Shown one piece after another: positions 9,425-18,928 of a DNA stretch of 28,710 bases. Each line of letters opens with the position of its first letter. Position 1 is the stretch's first letter. Source of the stretch: a virus. Its lineage: Duplodnaviria > Caudoviricetes. The stretch covers positions 1 through 28,710 of the IMG/VR virus record IMGVR_UViG_3300032081_000018. The stretch is one strand, 5' to 3'. Under the pieces are notes generated by a model, which was not told the DNA's origin, searched no databases, and saw only the letters and a program-made list of their open reading frames with translations. The position numbers were made by a program, and so were the translations under genes.

Positions 9425-11592
9425 TATCTTCCCCCATCTCCTTGGACAGCTAGTCTAATTGATCCCCATCTCCAACTAGCATTGTTTGAATTACAAGATA
9501 CCCTAACCACCCCTTGCCTTCCTCGTGATCTCAAGTCAACCTTTTCAGTTGTTTCTGTTACGTCAAATTCTTTTGTAGTTTTTTCACTACTCTCTGGAAA
9601 TTGTTTGGTAATAAGTTTTAGTTTAATTTTACCACCACTTAAATCAAAGTCAGGAATAAGTCTGCTCATATACATTAGAGCATTACCATCATCAATATCA
9701 AAATCACCTGACTCAACAAAGGATGTTAGTGTTTCACCATTTGCGGTAAAGACATCAGTTGGTTCATTGTTGTATACCAAGTTACCACCAACCGTAGCAC
9801 CAGTTGTAATTGTATTACCAAACACTTCTCTATCTGCAAAGGTAGTAAAGATCATATCTCCATAGACCCAGTACCCTTCATCAGGAGAAAAAATAACATA
9901 GCTATCACACTCAGTGCTATCCTTAGAAGCATATAGCCAAATAATTTCTTTAAACTCAGAGTTAATTCCAGCAAATACTTTATCGGTGTAGCTTTGATTT
10001 AATCTATCAAAAATAAATCTTCTTACAGTACAGTCTAATGTTTCTACCTGACCAGCAAAGGAATAGAAGTTATCGCTGCCCATCCAGTATGTAACACCAT
10101 TATAATCTATACACGCATGTTGTCCAACCAACCCACAATTAGAACCTACTTGCTCAAAGTTAAAAGTAAAAGGTGGACCCGCAAAGCTCATTGTCCACAA
10201 TGAATTATCAGTCCAAATATTAATAGCATTTTTTGATCTTACTGCACCTACAATTTCTGTACCATCTGTTAGAACAACTTCGCCAGCAGTTGTAGTAAGA
10301 GACGGAACCCAGTTTGTTCTGTCATCTTGATCTGACCAGCGCACCAACATAGGATCAAAGGGACCGCTAATAGTTGCAGTTGCTACATATGAGTTACATC
10401 CTAGAGCAACTAAGTGTCTATCATTAGGAGACACAATAATAGAGTTTACACTAATAGGTGATGTTGTAACAGTTGTTGCTCGTTCAGGTGTTGTACTTGC
10501 ATCACTGTCAAAATAAAAAATATTACTACCTTTTCTATTTGCAACAATATCCTCACCCCAGTTATCAATACTCCAGTTAGCTAAAGTTAAGTTAATATCA
10601 CTAGCATCAACAGAAGATGCAACATTCCAACCTCTGCCACTGCTCTGTTGATAAATCAAAGCAGTCATATTAATATCAGTTGTTACATCTCCACTTGCAC
10701 TAGCTGCTGTCTTTACACTTACAATAATCTGCGTACTTGCTACAGATACAATTGGAAACTGAGGACCGCCAACACTTACTGTAGTTCCAGCACCATTTAC
10801 AATAAACGGCTTAGACAGTATTAAGTTACCTCCTACTGTAGCAGGAGTAACGCTAGTATTGGCTGGCTGAAAAACTACAAAGTCTCCAGCCGAACCGCCA
10901 TGCGCTGCATCAGTTGAAACTGTAACAAGTGCATTACTACCAGTTGTTGTAATCTTACTGATTCCTACTGAAGTTGGTGCAGTTGCATTATATATAGCAG
11001 CCGAGTAACCAAGACCTTTGGTAGCCACTGAAGCACCCGTAGGAATGTAGTAGTTAAATGTTGCATCTCCAGTTGCAGCAGACGTAGCACCCGCTGCCGC
11101 TGTTACATTAAATGTATAAACATTAGCACTAGCAACAGAAGCAATTGGATAAACGTTACCTGTTAAACTAACATTGCCACCAAAAACAGAAGCAGAAGTA
11201 AAGTATACATAGTCACCTGCCGTTCTTCCATGTGCTGTGTCAGATACACATACTCTTGTTTGTCCCGCACTTGTTCCAAAAACACCAGCTAAAGTTACAG
11301 TAGAAGTAATAGGAGTAATATCATATATCTGATCTCCATTCATTTCATAAAGTTTTTCGGGTGTGCCAAAAACTGCACGAGCAATTCTATCTGAATCACG
11401 GTAAGCCCTTAAATCTCTAGCAGAACCATCAAAAGCTGTGCTTACTCTAGTCTCATAACCTCGCATATTTTCAGGTTTACGCGCACGAAAACGTACACGG
11501 TTCCCATCAAACCATTTGTCACCTTCAGCAAACTGTGTGGTTTCTCTATGAAACCCTTGCTGAAACTCAAACTTTGCAAGTTTACTTGTCAT
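9424..11592 (-). CDS. Tail nozzle / packaged-DNA stabilisation protein (P22 gp10 / tubular protein B-like)
   Basis: WFDGNRVRFR, WSIDNWGEDIVA, VRWSDQDD..W, IWTDNSLW and QVGSNCGLVG beta-propeller-type motifs, ending in R-x-RGRQ...W.WG..R....DG.R. Confidence 0.75.
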   Translation of the reverse strand: MTSKLAKFEFQQGFHRETTQFAEGDKWFDGNRVRFRARKPENMRGYETRVSTAFDGSARDLRAYRDSDRIARAVFGTPEKLYEMNGDQIYDITPITSTVTLAGVFGTSAGQTRVCVSDTAHGRTAGDYVYFTSASVFGGNVSLTGNVYPIASVASANVYTFNVTAAAGATSAATGDATFNYYIPTGASVATKGLGYSAAIYNATAPTSVGISKITTTGSNALVTVSTDAAHGGSAGDFVVFQPANTSVTPATVGGNLILSKPFIVNGAGTTVSVGGPQFPIVSVASTQIIVSVKTAASASGDVTTDINMTALIYQQSSGRGWNVASSVDASDINLTLANWSIDNWGEDIVANRKGSNIFYFDSDASTTPERATTVTTSPISVNSIIVSPNDRHLVALGCNSYVATATISGPFDPMLVRWSDQDDRTNWVPSLTTTAGEVVLTDGTEIVGAVRSKNAINIWTDNSLWTMSFAGPPFTFNFEQVGSNCGLVGQHACIDYNGVTYWMGSDNFYSFAGQVETLDCTVRRFIFDRLNQSYTDKVFAGINSEFKEIIWLYASKDSTECDSYVIFSPDEGYWVYGDMIFTTFADREVFGNTITTGATVGGNLVYNNEPTDVFTANGETLTSFVESGDFDIDDGNALMYMSRLIPDFDLSGGKIKLKLITKQFPESSEKTTKEFDVTETTEKVDLRSRGRQGVVRVSCNSNNASWRWGSIRLAVQGDGGR

Positions 11593-12521
11593 TAGCGAGT
11601 CATATTTTTAAGCATTACTGCATCAATTGTAGTAGCACTTCTTGCGGTATAAAAAAGAATATCACAAGAACCAGAAGCAGAAGTTGCAGTAGGAACGGTG
11701 CCACCAGAAAATTTAAATACAGAGTTAAAGCTAACTGTTCTACCACCAGTAGCATCTTGAATTAAATAGTAGTGTCCTGTCTGACCAGCGCCCATGTTAC
11801 TCGGAGCAGCCAAGGTTCTATTACCACCAAGAGTTACCAAGAAAATATTACCATCATTAGCATCTGAAACAATAGACGCTGCATCAGTCAAAGTTGTAAT
11901 GAAGGACTTTACAGCACTAGATACTTTAATCATTGCAGAGTCGCCATAGGCTACAGTTGCATTAAATGTTTTAGCAGCAGTAATAGTATCCGTAGCAGAT
12001 ACCTTTACATAACGAATATCTGCAAGAGATGTATCAGGAACATCTGTAGTACATACACCAACATTACGTACAGCAGCAGTTCCTAGTCCTAAACCAGTAG
12101 AGTCTAGTTGAAAAACAGATGTGCCATTAGTGAAGAAATAACCATTACCACTATTAGGAACAGTTACTCCAGTATTACCAGCAACTCTTAGAATAACTGC
12201 ATTGCTTGAAGCGTTAGTTGATACTGCGTTTCTAATTGCATAGGTTTTTGAATTGTTAGGAATTAAAACAAAGATAGATGTGTGAGCAGTTCCTATTGAT
12301 CCAGAAAACTGTATGATCGCAGACCTAGACTGATCTCCTGTTCCTTGGTTTTCTGAGAGTGTAACGGTTGCTGCACTGCCCAAACTTACTGTCGTATAGC
12401 CAGCGATAGCATCATCAACAAGACTGATAACACCGTCATTAAGAACTTGACCCCAAGTATTAGGATTATCACCATCACCTTGTTTTGTCAGCCTAATGTT
12501 TGTTGTATAAGTTGAGGCCAT
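11592..12521 (-). CDS. Short tail fibre (309 aa)
   Basis: MASTYT..L.KQGDGDNPNTWG N-terminal anchor and a C-terminal TL..P.N...GQ.G....Q..GG...F..GG..PT...D domain. Confidence 0.7.
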   Translation of the reverse strand: MASTYTTNIRLTKQGDGDNPNTWGQVLNDGVISLVDDAIAGYTTVSLGSAATVTLSENQGTGDQSRSAIIQFSGSIGTAHTSIFVLIPNNSKTYAIRNAVSTNASSNAVILRVAGNTGVTVPNSGNGYFFTNGTSVFQLDSTGLGLGTAAVRNVGVCTTDVPDTSLADIRYVKVSATDTITAAKTFNATVAYGDSAMIKVSSAVKSFITTLTDAASIVSDANDGNIFLVTLGGNRTLAAPSNMGAGQTGHYYLIQDATGGRTVSFNSVFKFSGGTVPTATSASGSCDILFYTARSATTIDAVMLKNMTR

Positions 12522-12522
12522 A

Positions 12523-12819
12523 TTACGTACCTTTTCCGTTGTTAAGTTTTAATTTTGGAATTATAGTTCCTGTATGATTAGCTCCAGTACAAAGTTTTCC
12601 ATCAGGGGTAAAAAAAAGAATTGTAAAAGTATCCTTACCTCTATAAATAGTAATAGGAGTTCCTGCCGTAGTTACTCCTGACATAACAAATTCTTCATTA
12701 TATTCTAGTATACCTTTTTCAATATCTTGAGCATCTTCATTAAAACAAAAAAGCTGTTGTGCCGATACTGGAAATACAAGCCACAAAGTTATTAGAATAT
12801 ATGTTAGTATAAATTTCAT
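12523..12819 (-). CDS. Small secreted/periplasmic protein (98 aa)
   Basis: Classic signal peptide MKFILTYILITLWLVFPVSA|QQ and two Cys in the mature part. Confidence 0.7.
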   Translation of the reverse strand: MKFILTYILITLWLVFPVSAQQLFCFNEDAQDIEKGILEYNEEFVMSGVTTAGTPITIYRGKDTFTILFFTPDGKLCTGANHTGTIIPKLKLNNGKGT

Positions 12820-13389
12820 CTAAATACTTTCAGGCCAATCATATATTGGAGCATTACCAGTAGGAGTTCCATTACTATCTACAGGTGTTACAAACAATGC
12901 TTGAAACTCATCCATTGTAGAACAGTTTGTAATTTTTGTTTCAATAGTTTCCGCTGCTGAACGAACGGCATTTCTATAGGTCTGTATATCAGATGGTATA
13001 TCTGTACCATTATCTGCTTTACGAATATATGCCCAATCAGTTTGAAAAAGCAAAGAACCTTGTGTAGTTTTTGTTTGTGAAATATACTGTGATTTAAGAC
13101 CTTTTGTTACTATTTGATTACCGTTCTTATCTAGCAAAGCAGTACCATCACTATCTACTTCGTTTACATCTTCAATAGCACGTTCAGTTGAAGTCCACGT
13201 ACCGTCTTTATTAGGACCAGTTACCCAGTAAAATTTTTCATCTGGTTTTGGTTGAACAGTTATTTCAACAAGACCTCTATCAGCTTTTTCATCTGCTGAC
13301 CAAACCATCCAGTTTTTAGGATGTTGAACGCCGTTATCATCTGTCCACACCCTGTTTTCGCGGATTGTTTTATTTCCATATTTCCACAT
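12820..13389 (-). CDS. Tail fibre assembly chaperone-like protein
   Basis: LL..TDW..IR....IP.....YR.AVR...WP motif. Directly follows the lectin-type fibre gene. Confidence 0.75.
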   Translation of the reverse strand: MWKYGNKTIRENRVWTDDNGVQHPKNWMVWSADEKADRGLVEITVQPKPDEKFYWVTGPNKDGTWTSTERAIEDVNEVDSDGTALLDKNGNQIVTKGLKSQYISQTKTTQGSLLFQTDWAYIRKADNGTDIPSDIQTYRNAVRSAAETIETKITNCSTMDEFQALFVTPVDSNGTPTGNAPIYDWPESI

Positions 13390-13398
13390 AGTCTTCTC

Positions 13399-15828
13399 CT
13401 ATCGGGCCGTGGCAGGGGCGACATCTTCACCGCCAAAGGGGTTCTCTGCAAAGGCCATATATACAAACGAACCGCCCGACCCATTTACTCCGCCATCGCT
13501 GGCACGAAGTTTAAATCCAGTAGCAGTAAAATCATGCGTTGTAGAAGATGTGTCAGCGGTACCTGTATCTGCAAAAAGTCTAAGGTTTGCAACATTAAAC
13601 GGGTTACGCGCACTGTCAACAATTACCCAGTTATCAGTACTATCCGTCCGTTTAACCATAACAAAAGCAGGACGAAAGCCCGTATATATAAACGGACCAT
13701 TTGCATCTGCATTTCCCGTGTAGCTGCCAAAGGAGCTATAACCAGGAACTTCAGCCCACGCATAACAAACCATGCTATTACCAGATACGTTTGTGCCGAA
13801 ACCACCACCGCCAAGCGTAATTAATGTGCTTGTTGGCTCGGTATCATTCCATGCACCATCTGAATCTGCTACTCCACCTGTACCGTTTAACAAAAGATAT
13901 TTAGTAGCTCCTAGCTCCGAATGGTAGACAATCCACTGCTCGGTGCTGTCTCTGTTTTTTATTATAATCCAAGAAGGTTTGACTCCAAGACCGTGACCAA
14001 TAGTTTGCCCCGCTGTGCCGTTGCCTTCAAAAGTTGAAATAGAAAGTCCGTTCGTTGTATTTACAGATGTAGTGGTCGTGTTAATGCTACCGCTTTCATT
14101 GCTACTGCCAGCACCACCTACAGTCTTCCATTGCCATGCAACATACGTTCTACCTGATCCATTAAAATTTGGATCGGTGGTATCAAGATCGAAGCCATTC
14201 GTTTCAAACGTGATTTGCGCGGGGCTATCCGTGTCCTCGGCGTCGCTTGAATTAGATTTAAGACGCTGTGTTTGACCTCTAGCAACGTCAATAAAAACAT
14301 GATTGTCTCCGTTAGATCGCGGACCAATCCACCAAAGGTCTGGCTTAAAATCTCCAGCACTTGCGTCATTGGTGATAGCCAAGCCGCTGCTGCCATTTCC
14401 TGTATAAAGTTGTGGAAGGAAGGCTGATGATCCATCTGTAATTGTTGGTGTGGGGAAATCTGAAACATTTTCAAAATAAGTGTAACCCGTTGGTGTTGTA
14501 CCTGAACACTCACTTTCGTTTAATAGGGTAAGAACATTCCCGCTTTTCGCAGCAGCAGCAAAAACATACTCATTGCTGCCAATCATTGCCGTAATTGTAG
14601 TAGTAGGGTTATCTCCTGTAGCGGGATTACCGTCTAATCCTGCATCTGCTGCAACAAATTTCATTGCGGTTGCACTAGCGTCGTAAATTCCAAGAAAACA
14701 TTTTCCCGTTGCCATATCGACGGCAAGCCAAAATTCATCGGATGTCGTAATTGGCAAACTAGGGTCAATACTGCCAGTAGTTATGTAGTCGTAAAGTGTT
14801 AGATCAGAAGACGAAGGCGACATTTGCACACCGTCTGACGCACCAACATCTTCATTGCTTCCAGTAGCATCGCCAAAATTACTATTGTTTGATTTTGTTA
14901 TACCAAAATTCCAACCATTATTAGTACTTACAGTATCTGATGAAAATGCAACTGCATATTTTCCAGTTGACGGTAAGTTAGCTGTTAAAGAAATTAAAGT
15001 TCGAGTAGACGGACCTGTGTAAACTAAGTTTCCATCAGTTACAGTTCCACCGCCCCGTTGATTATTAAGACGATTAAAAGTAATTTGATTATTAGTAGGT
15101 GTGTCTGATCGTTGATCGGCTGTTGTCAGTCCTGACGAAGTAAAATCGTTACCATTACCTGATTCGTCGTCTCCTAAATCAGAACTATCACGGCCATCAA
15201 TATAAAAACCATTTGTTCCAAAACTGCCTGAGTATGCTATTGGTTTCCATACTCCACTATCATCAAACTCTCCAAAAGCTGTAGGGGCTGCTTGTGTTCC
15301 GTCAATTAAATACATTTCAGCTATATAAGCATCAATATAATTACTACCTTCTTTACCAATATTTTGCGCTACAGTAGCATTAACATCAAATTCAAAGTTT
15401 TCACTTGGATTACTTGAAGTAGAAAAACTGGTAACTTGTACACCATTAATGTAAATTTTAACACGATCTGCTGCCGTAGTATCTGTAGTATCAACAGCCA
15501 AAACAATGTGCTGCCATGCTGTAGGATCACGAAAAACTTGAGTAGTTGCTCTTAATGTACTACCATCAATAAAGTATAATTTATCATCACTATCAGACCA
15601 ACCAAACTCTGTGCTACCAGCTTGCAGTATTCTGTATCCACCGCTAGTACCACTAGCAAAGGTGTTCACTTTCCACCAAAAACTAAATGTCCATGTACGG
15701 CGATTAGACGCACTGCTAGGTGTTCTAGTTAAATAGGCACTATCTCCCATTGTAAATCTAATTGATTGACCAATGTTATAGCCAGTTGATTGTCCACTTG
15801 CACCCATCATTATGTTTTGAAAAACCAT
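13399..15828 (-). CDS. Receptor-binding / fibre tip protein with concanavalin A-like (LamG) lectin domain
   Basis: SIRF...AYLTRTP..NRRTWTFSFW, FRDPTAWQHIVLAVDT, FGTNGFY, PDLWWI..R, IGHGLGVKP, GFRPAFVMVK and YMAFAENPF motifs, all common in marine-phage lectin fibres. Confidence 0.8.
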   Translation of the reverse strand: MVFQNIMMGASGQSTGYNIGQSIRFTMGDSAYLTRTPSSASNRRTWTFSFWWKVNTFASGTSGGYRILQAGSTEFGWSDSDDKLYFIDGSTLRATTQVFRDPTAWQHIVLAVDTTDTTAADRVKIYINGVQVTSFSTSSNPSENFEFDVNATVAQNIGKEGSNYIDAYIAEMYLIDGTQAAPTAFGEFDDSGVWKPIAYSGSFGTNGFYIDGRDSSDLGDDESGNGNDFTSSGLTTADQRSDTPTNNQITFNRLNNQRGGGTVTDGNLVYTGPSTRTLISLTANLPSTGKYAVAFSSDTVSTNNGWNFGITKSNNSNFGDATGSNEDVGASDGVQMSPSSSDLTLYDYITTGSIDPSLPITTSDEFWLAVDMATGKCFLGIYDASATAMKFVAADAGLDGNPATGDNPTTTITAMIGSNEYVFAAAAKSGNVLTLLNESECSGTTPTGYTYFENVSDFPTPTITDGSSAFLPQLYTGNGSSGLAITNDASAGDFKPDLWWIGPRSNGDNHVFIDVARGQTQRLKSNSSDAEDTDSPAQITFETNGFDLDTTDPNFNGSGRTYVAWQWKTVGGAGSSNESGSINTTTTSVNTTNGLSISTFEGNGTAGQTIGHGLGVKPSWIIIKNRDSTEQWIVYHSELGATKYLLLNGTGGVADSDGAWNDTEPTSTLITLGGGGFGTNVSGNSMVCYAWAEVPGYSSFGSYTGNADANGPFIYTGFRPAFVMVKRTDSTDNWVIVDSARNPFNVANLRLFADTGTADTSSTTHDFTATGFKLRASDGGVNGSGGSFVYMAFAENPFGGEDVAPATAR

Positions 15829-15839
15829 TTAATAGTCCT

Positions 15840-18518
15840 TTAACTATAAGCTTGTGTCATAACAGCTTGAATATTTTCAGCAGTATTATCAGTTGATACG
15901 GACAAAACAATATAGTCTAGTCTATCTACAGCATCGTCAGTAGTTGAGAACGTAGGTGCTGTACCACCAATAAAGTTCCAACAAGCATTATACGATACTG
16001 TTCCACTACCTCCTTGCTGATGCAAGAAGATACTGCCAACTTGTCCTACTCTAGCATTGGTAGGTCTAGCAAGAGTATGTGCAGCAGTAACAGAAGTAAA
16101 GAAATTTTGTGCAGTACCAAAGTTAAGAGATACAGAAGTAATGCCATTAATTGCCGTTGTTTCAACAGCAGCCGCTGCCGACTCTGTAAGTTGTAACTGT
16201 CCTTCAAGAGATACATTACCACTTACACGAACAGTACCAAGAAATCCTGAATTACCTGTAATAGTTGCTGTGCTTAACAAGTTAGTTGCTCCACCTACAC
16301 TAAGAGTAGATGCCAAGCTAACTGCTCCTGCAACTGTAAGAGTACCACCTACATTAGCATTACTTACTGAAGTTGCTCCGCTAACTCGTACTGTTCCAAG
16401 AAAACCAGCATTGCCAGCAACTGTAACTGTATCAAGTAAATTAGTAGCGCCACCAACACTTAATGTAGATGCTAAACTTGTTGCCCCACCAACTGTTAGT
16501 GTGCCGCCAATATTTACATCGCCACTTACTGAAATGTCTCCATCAAATGTAATACCGCCAGTAGCAAATATAGTTCCACCAACAGAGACATTCCCTGCTA
16601 CATCTAAATTACCACTTACAGATACTGCATCTTTAAAGATGCCTACCCCTGCCACTGTAACCGTTGAAGCAAAGTTAGCTGCACCACCTACACTTAAAGT
16701 TGAAGCTAGGCTGACGGCTCCTGCTACGGTTAGTGTGCCACCTACATTTGCATTGCTTACAGATATTGCACCACTTACGCGAACACTGCCTAAGAAACCA
16801 GCATTGCCAGCAACCGTAACTGTGCTGAGTAAATTGGTTGCTCCACCTACACTAAGTGTACTATTTAAACTTGTAGCTCCTGCTACTGTAAGTGTGCTAA
16901 GTAAGTTAGTTGCACCACCAACACTAAGTGTGCTATTAAGGCTTGTAGCTCCTGCTACTGTAAGCGTACCACCAACATTTAAATCACCACTAACAGAAAT
17001 GTCACCATCAAATGTAATTCCTCCAGTAGCAAATATCGTGCCGCCAACTGATACATTACCAGCAACATCTAGATTACCGCTTACAGATACATGGCTTTTA
17101 AATGTACCAGTTCCTACAACTGTAACCGTTGTTGCAAAGTTAGTAGCGCCCCCTACGCTAAGTGTAGAAGCTAGGCTTACAGCCCCTGCTATAGTTACCG
17201 TGTCTGCAAAGTTAGCTACACCGCCTACACTAAGACTAGAGGCTAGGCTAACTGCACCACCAACTGTAACAGTACCACCAAGATTAGTGTTACCACTAAC
17301 TGATACATCGTCCTTAAATGTTGCCGCTCCTACAACTGTAGCTGTTGATGCAAGATTAACTGCACCACCAACACTAAGCGTTGAAGCTAGGCTAACTGCA
17401 CCAGCAATAGTAACAGTGTCTGCAAAGTTAGCTACACCGCCTACACTTAATGTAGATGCAAGACTAACTGCTCCACCAACAGTTACTGTACCACCAAGAT
17501 TAGTATTACCGCTAACTGATACGTTTGTTTTAAACGTGCTATCAGCTAAGAAAGTTGCATTGCTACCTACACTTAATGTAGATGCAAGACTAACTGCTCC
17601 TGCAACTGTAAGAGTCCCATTAATAACAGCATTAGCACTAATAGATACAGCATCATTAACAACTAATGTGCCACCAATAGATACATTACCGCCAGCATTA
17701 ATAAATCCTGATACAGAGATATTAGTTGTTACACCTAATTCTGCTTCTACATTAGTTAAGTTAGAACCGTCTCCATAAAAAGCTGCTGCCGTTACATTCC
17801 CTACAACATTAGCATTACCACTAATACTAACATTAGTTGCAAAGTTAGCAACACCTGTTACATCAAGCACTGAACCAACTGATACCGAAGAAGCAGTATC
17901 TATTCTACCACTAACTGATACATCATTACTAAATGTAGACTTACTTGTAAAAGCAGCCGTGCCAGTAACTGCAAGAGTGCCGCCAATTGATACATTTTCA
18001 TTTACATCAAGCTGGCCGCTAACAGATACGTCACCTTCGATAATTGCATTACCAGCAATCGTTACATGCGTAGCAAACGTAGCCACACCTGTCTGTACTA
18101 GTGTGCCACCAATAGAAGCATTTGTTCCAATGTTTAGATCACCGCTTACAGATGTGTCACCTTTTACAACTAGGCTACCACCAACATTAGCTCCACCAGC
18201 TACCGTAATTGAACTAACACAAATATCTCCACCAACACTAGCTGTCAGTCCTGTAAGATTAGAACCGTCACCATAGTAAGCAGAGGCACATACATTGTTA
18301 CCAACAATTAAATTATTTTTAACTGTTGCTGTACCATCTACAAGAAACGCAGTCTGAGCAATAACTTTATTCGTAGCAACCTTTAGCGCAGTATTAGTTC
18401 CATCACCTGTTTGAACATACACAGAAGAAGTACTAACACCATCATTTGCGGCGCTACTATTAATAAGCAATAACTGCTTATATGTTCCTGAAATTAGTTT
18501 TCCTGTTAAGTCTGTCAT
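15840..18518 (-). CDS. Long repetitive tail fibre (triple beta-helix-like shaft); start probably ATG 18518
   Basis: 6/12-residue V-x-G periodicity over ~700 aa, two YGDGSNLT motifs and a C-terminal adaptor domain. ATGA overlap at 18515-18518 favours MTDLTG over the TTG start at 18530. Confidence 0.8.
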   Translation of the reverse strand: MTDLTGKLISGTYKQLLLINSSAANDGVSTSSVYVQTGDGTNTALKVATNKVIAQTAFLVDGTATVKNNLIVGNNVCASAYYGDGSNLTGLTASVGGDICVSSITVAGGANVGGSLVVKGDTSVSGDLNIGTNASIGGTLVQTGVATFATHVTIAGNAIIEGDVSVSGQLDVNENVSIGGTLAVTGTAAFTSKSTFSNDVSVSGRIDTASSVSVGSVLDVTGVANFATNVSISGNANVVGNVTAAAFYGDGSNLTNVEAELGVTTNISVSGFINAGGNVSIGGTLVVNDAVSISANAVINGTLTVAGAVSLASTLSVGSNATFLADSTFKTNVSVSGNTNLGGTVTVGGAVSLASTLSVGGVANFADTVTIAGAVSLASTLSVGGAVNLASTATVVGAATFKDDVSVSGNTNLGGTVTVGGAVSLASSLSVGGVANFADTVTIAGAVSLASTLSVGGATNFATTVTVVGTGTFKSHVSVSGNLDVAGNVSVGGTIFATGGITFDGDISVSGDLNVGGTLTVAGATSLNSTLSVGGATNLLSTLTVAGATSLNSTLSVGGATNLLSTVTVAGNAGFLGSVRVSGAISVSNANVGGTLTVAGAVSLASTLSVGGAANFASTVTVAGVGIFKDAVSVSGNLDVAGNVSVGGTIFATGGITFDGDISVSGDVNIGGTLTVGGATSLASTLSVGGATNLLDTVTVAGNAGFLGTVRVSGATSVSNANVGGTLTVAGAVSLASTLSVGGATNLLSTATITGNSGFLGTVRVSGNVSLEGQLQLTESAAAAVETTAINGITSVSLNFGTAQNFFTSVTAAHTLARPTNARVGQVGSIFLHQQGGSGTVSYNACWNFIGGTAPTFSTTDDAVDRLDYIVLSVSTDNTAENIQAVMTQAYS

Positions 18519-18790
18519 ATTAGTTGCCAATACTCATCTGTTGAATCCCAAGTGGTTGCTACTTGATCCCATGTTAAATTTCTGCCACCTGTGTCAGGTC
18601 TAGGATTACGTATCGCAGGGTTATCCCGAACATCAGGAATGTGATTTTGTGGGTGATTTTTCAAATCAAAGTTACCCTCAAAATCTTCTGGACAAACAAT
18701 AAGTCCATAACTATTTTCTTGCATAATTCTGTGAGGATATACAAACCCACAGATGTCGCACATAGCTAGTGCGTTTTTATTACTTGCCAT
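18515..18790 (-). CDS. Conserved-looking virion protein with CxxC...C motif (start probably ATG 18790)
   Basis: MASNKNALAMCDICGF.Y...GLIVCPED...HPQ...NPRPD, a possible Zn ribbon. Sits just after adaptor 2. Confidence 0.7.
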   Translation of the reverse strand: MASNKNALAMCDICGFVYPHRIMQENSYGLIVCPEDFEGNFDLKNHPQNHIPDVRDNPAIRNPRPDTGGRNLTWDQVATTWDSTDEYWQLI

Positions 18791-18926
18791 TACTTTTATT
18801 CCAAAGATCAAACAAGGTCTTTACTTTTTCTTTTATAATTTCTATATCACCATGCATTTTAGCTAGTATAATAATTAAAGTAATTATTCCTAAAAATACA
18901 GGCCATGCTTGTATTATATGTTCCAT
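18780..18926 (-). CDS. 48-aa single-pass membrane protein (not in ORF track)
   Basis: Translated by hand: MEHIIQAWPVFLGIITLIIILAKMHGDIEIIKEKVKTLFDLWNKSNGK*. Starts 2 nt after the upstream stop and fills the gap. Confidence 0.75.
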   Translation of the reverse strand: MEHIIQAWPVFLGIITLIIILAKMHGDIEIIKEKVKTLFDLWNKSNGK

Positions 18927-18928
18927 AA

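Noticed and set aside
16057-17778. 573-aa plus-strand ORF, and similar ones at 5209-5661, 8345-8851, 21193-21612 and 24160-24708
   Set aside because: Antisense shadows of minus-strand genes. Repetitive Val/Gly/Ser/Thr codons rarely create stops on the other strand, and there is no RBS or operon context.
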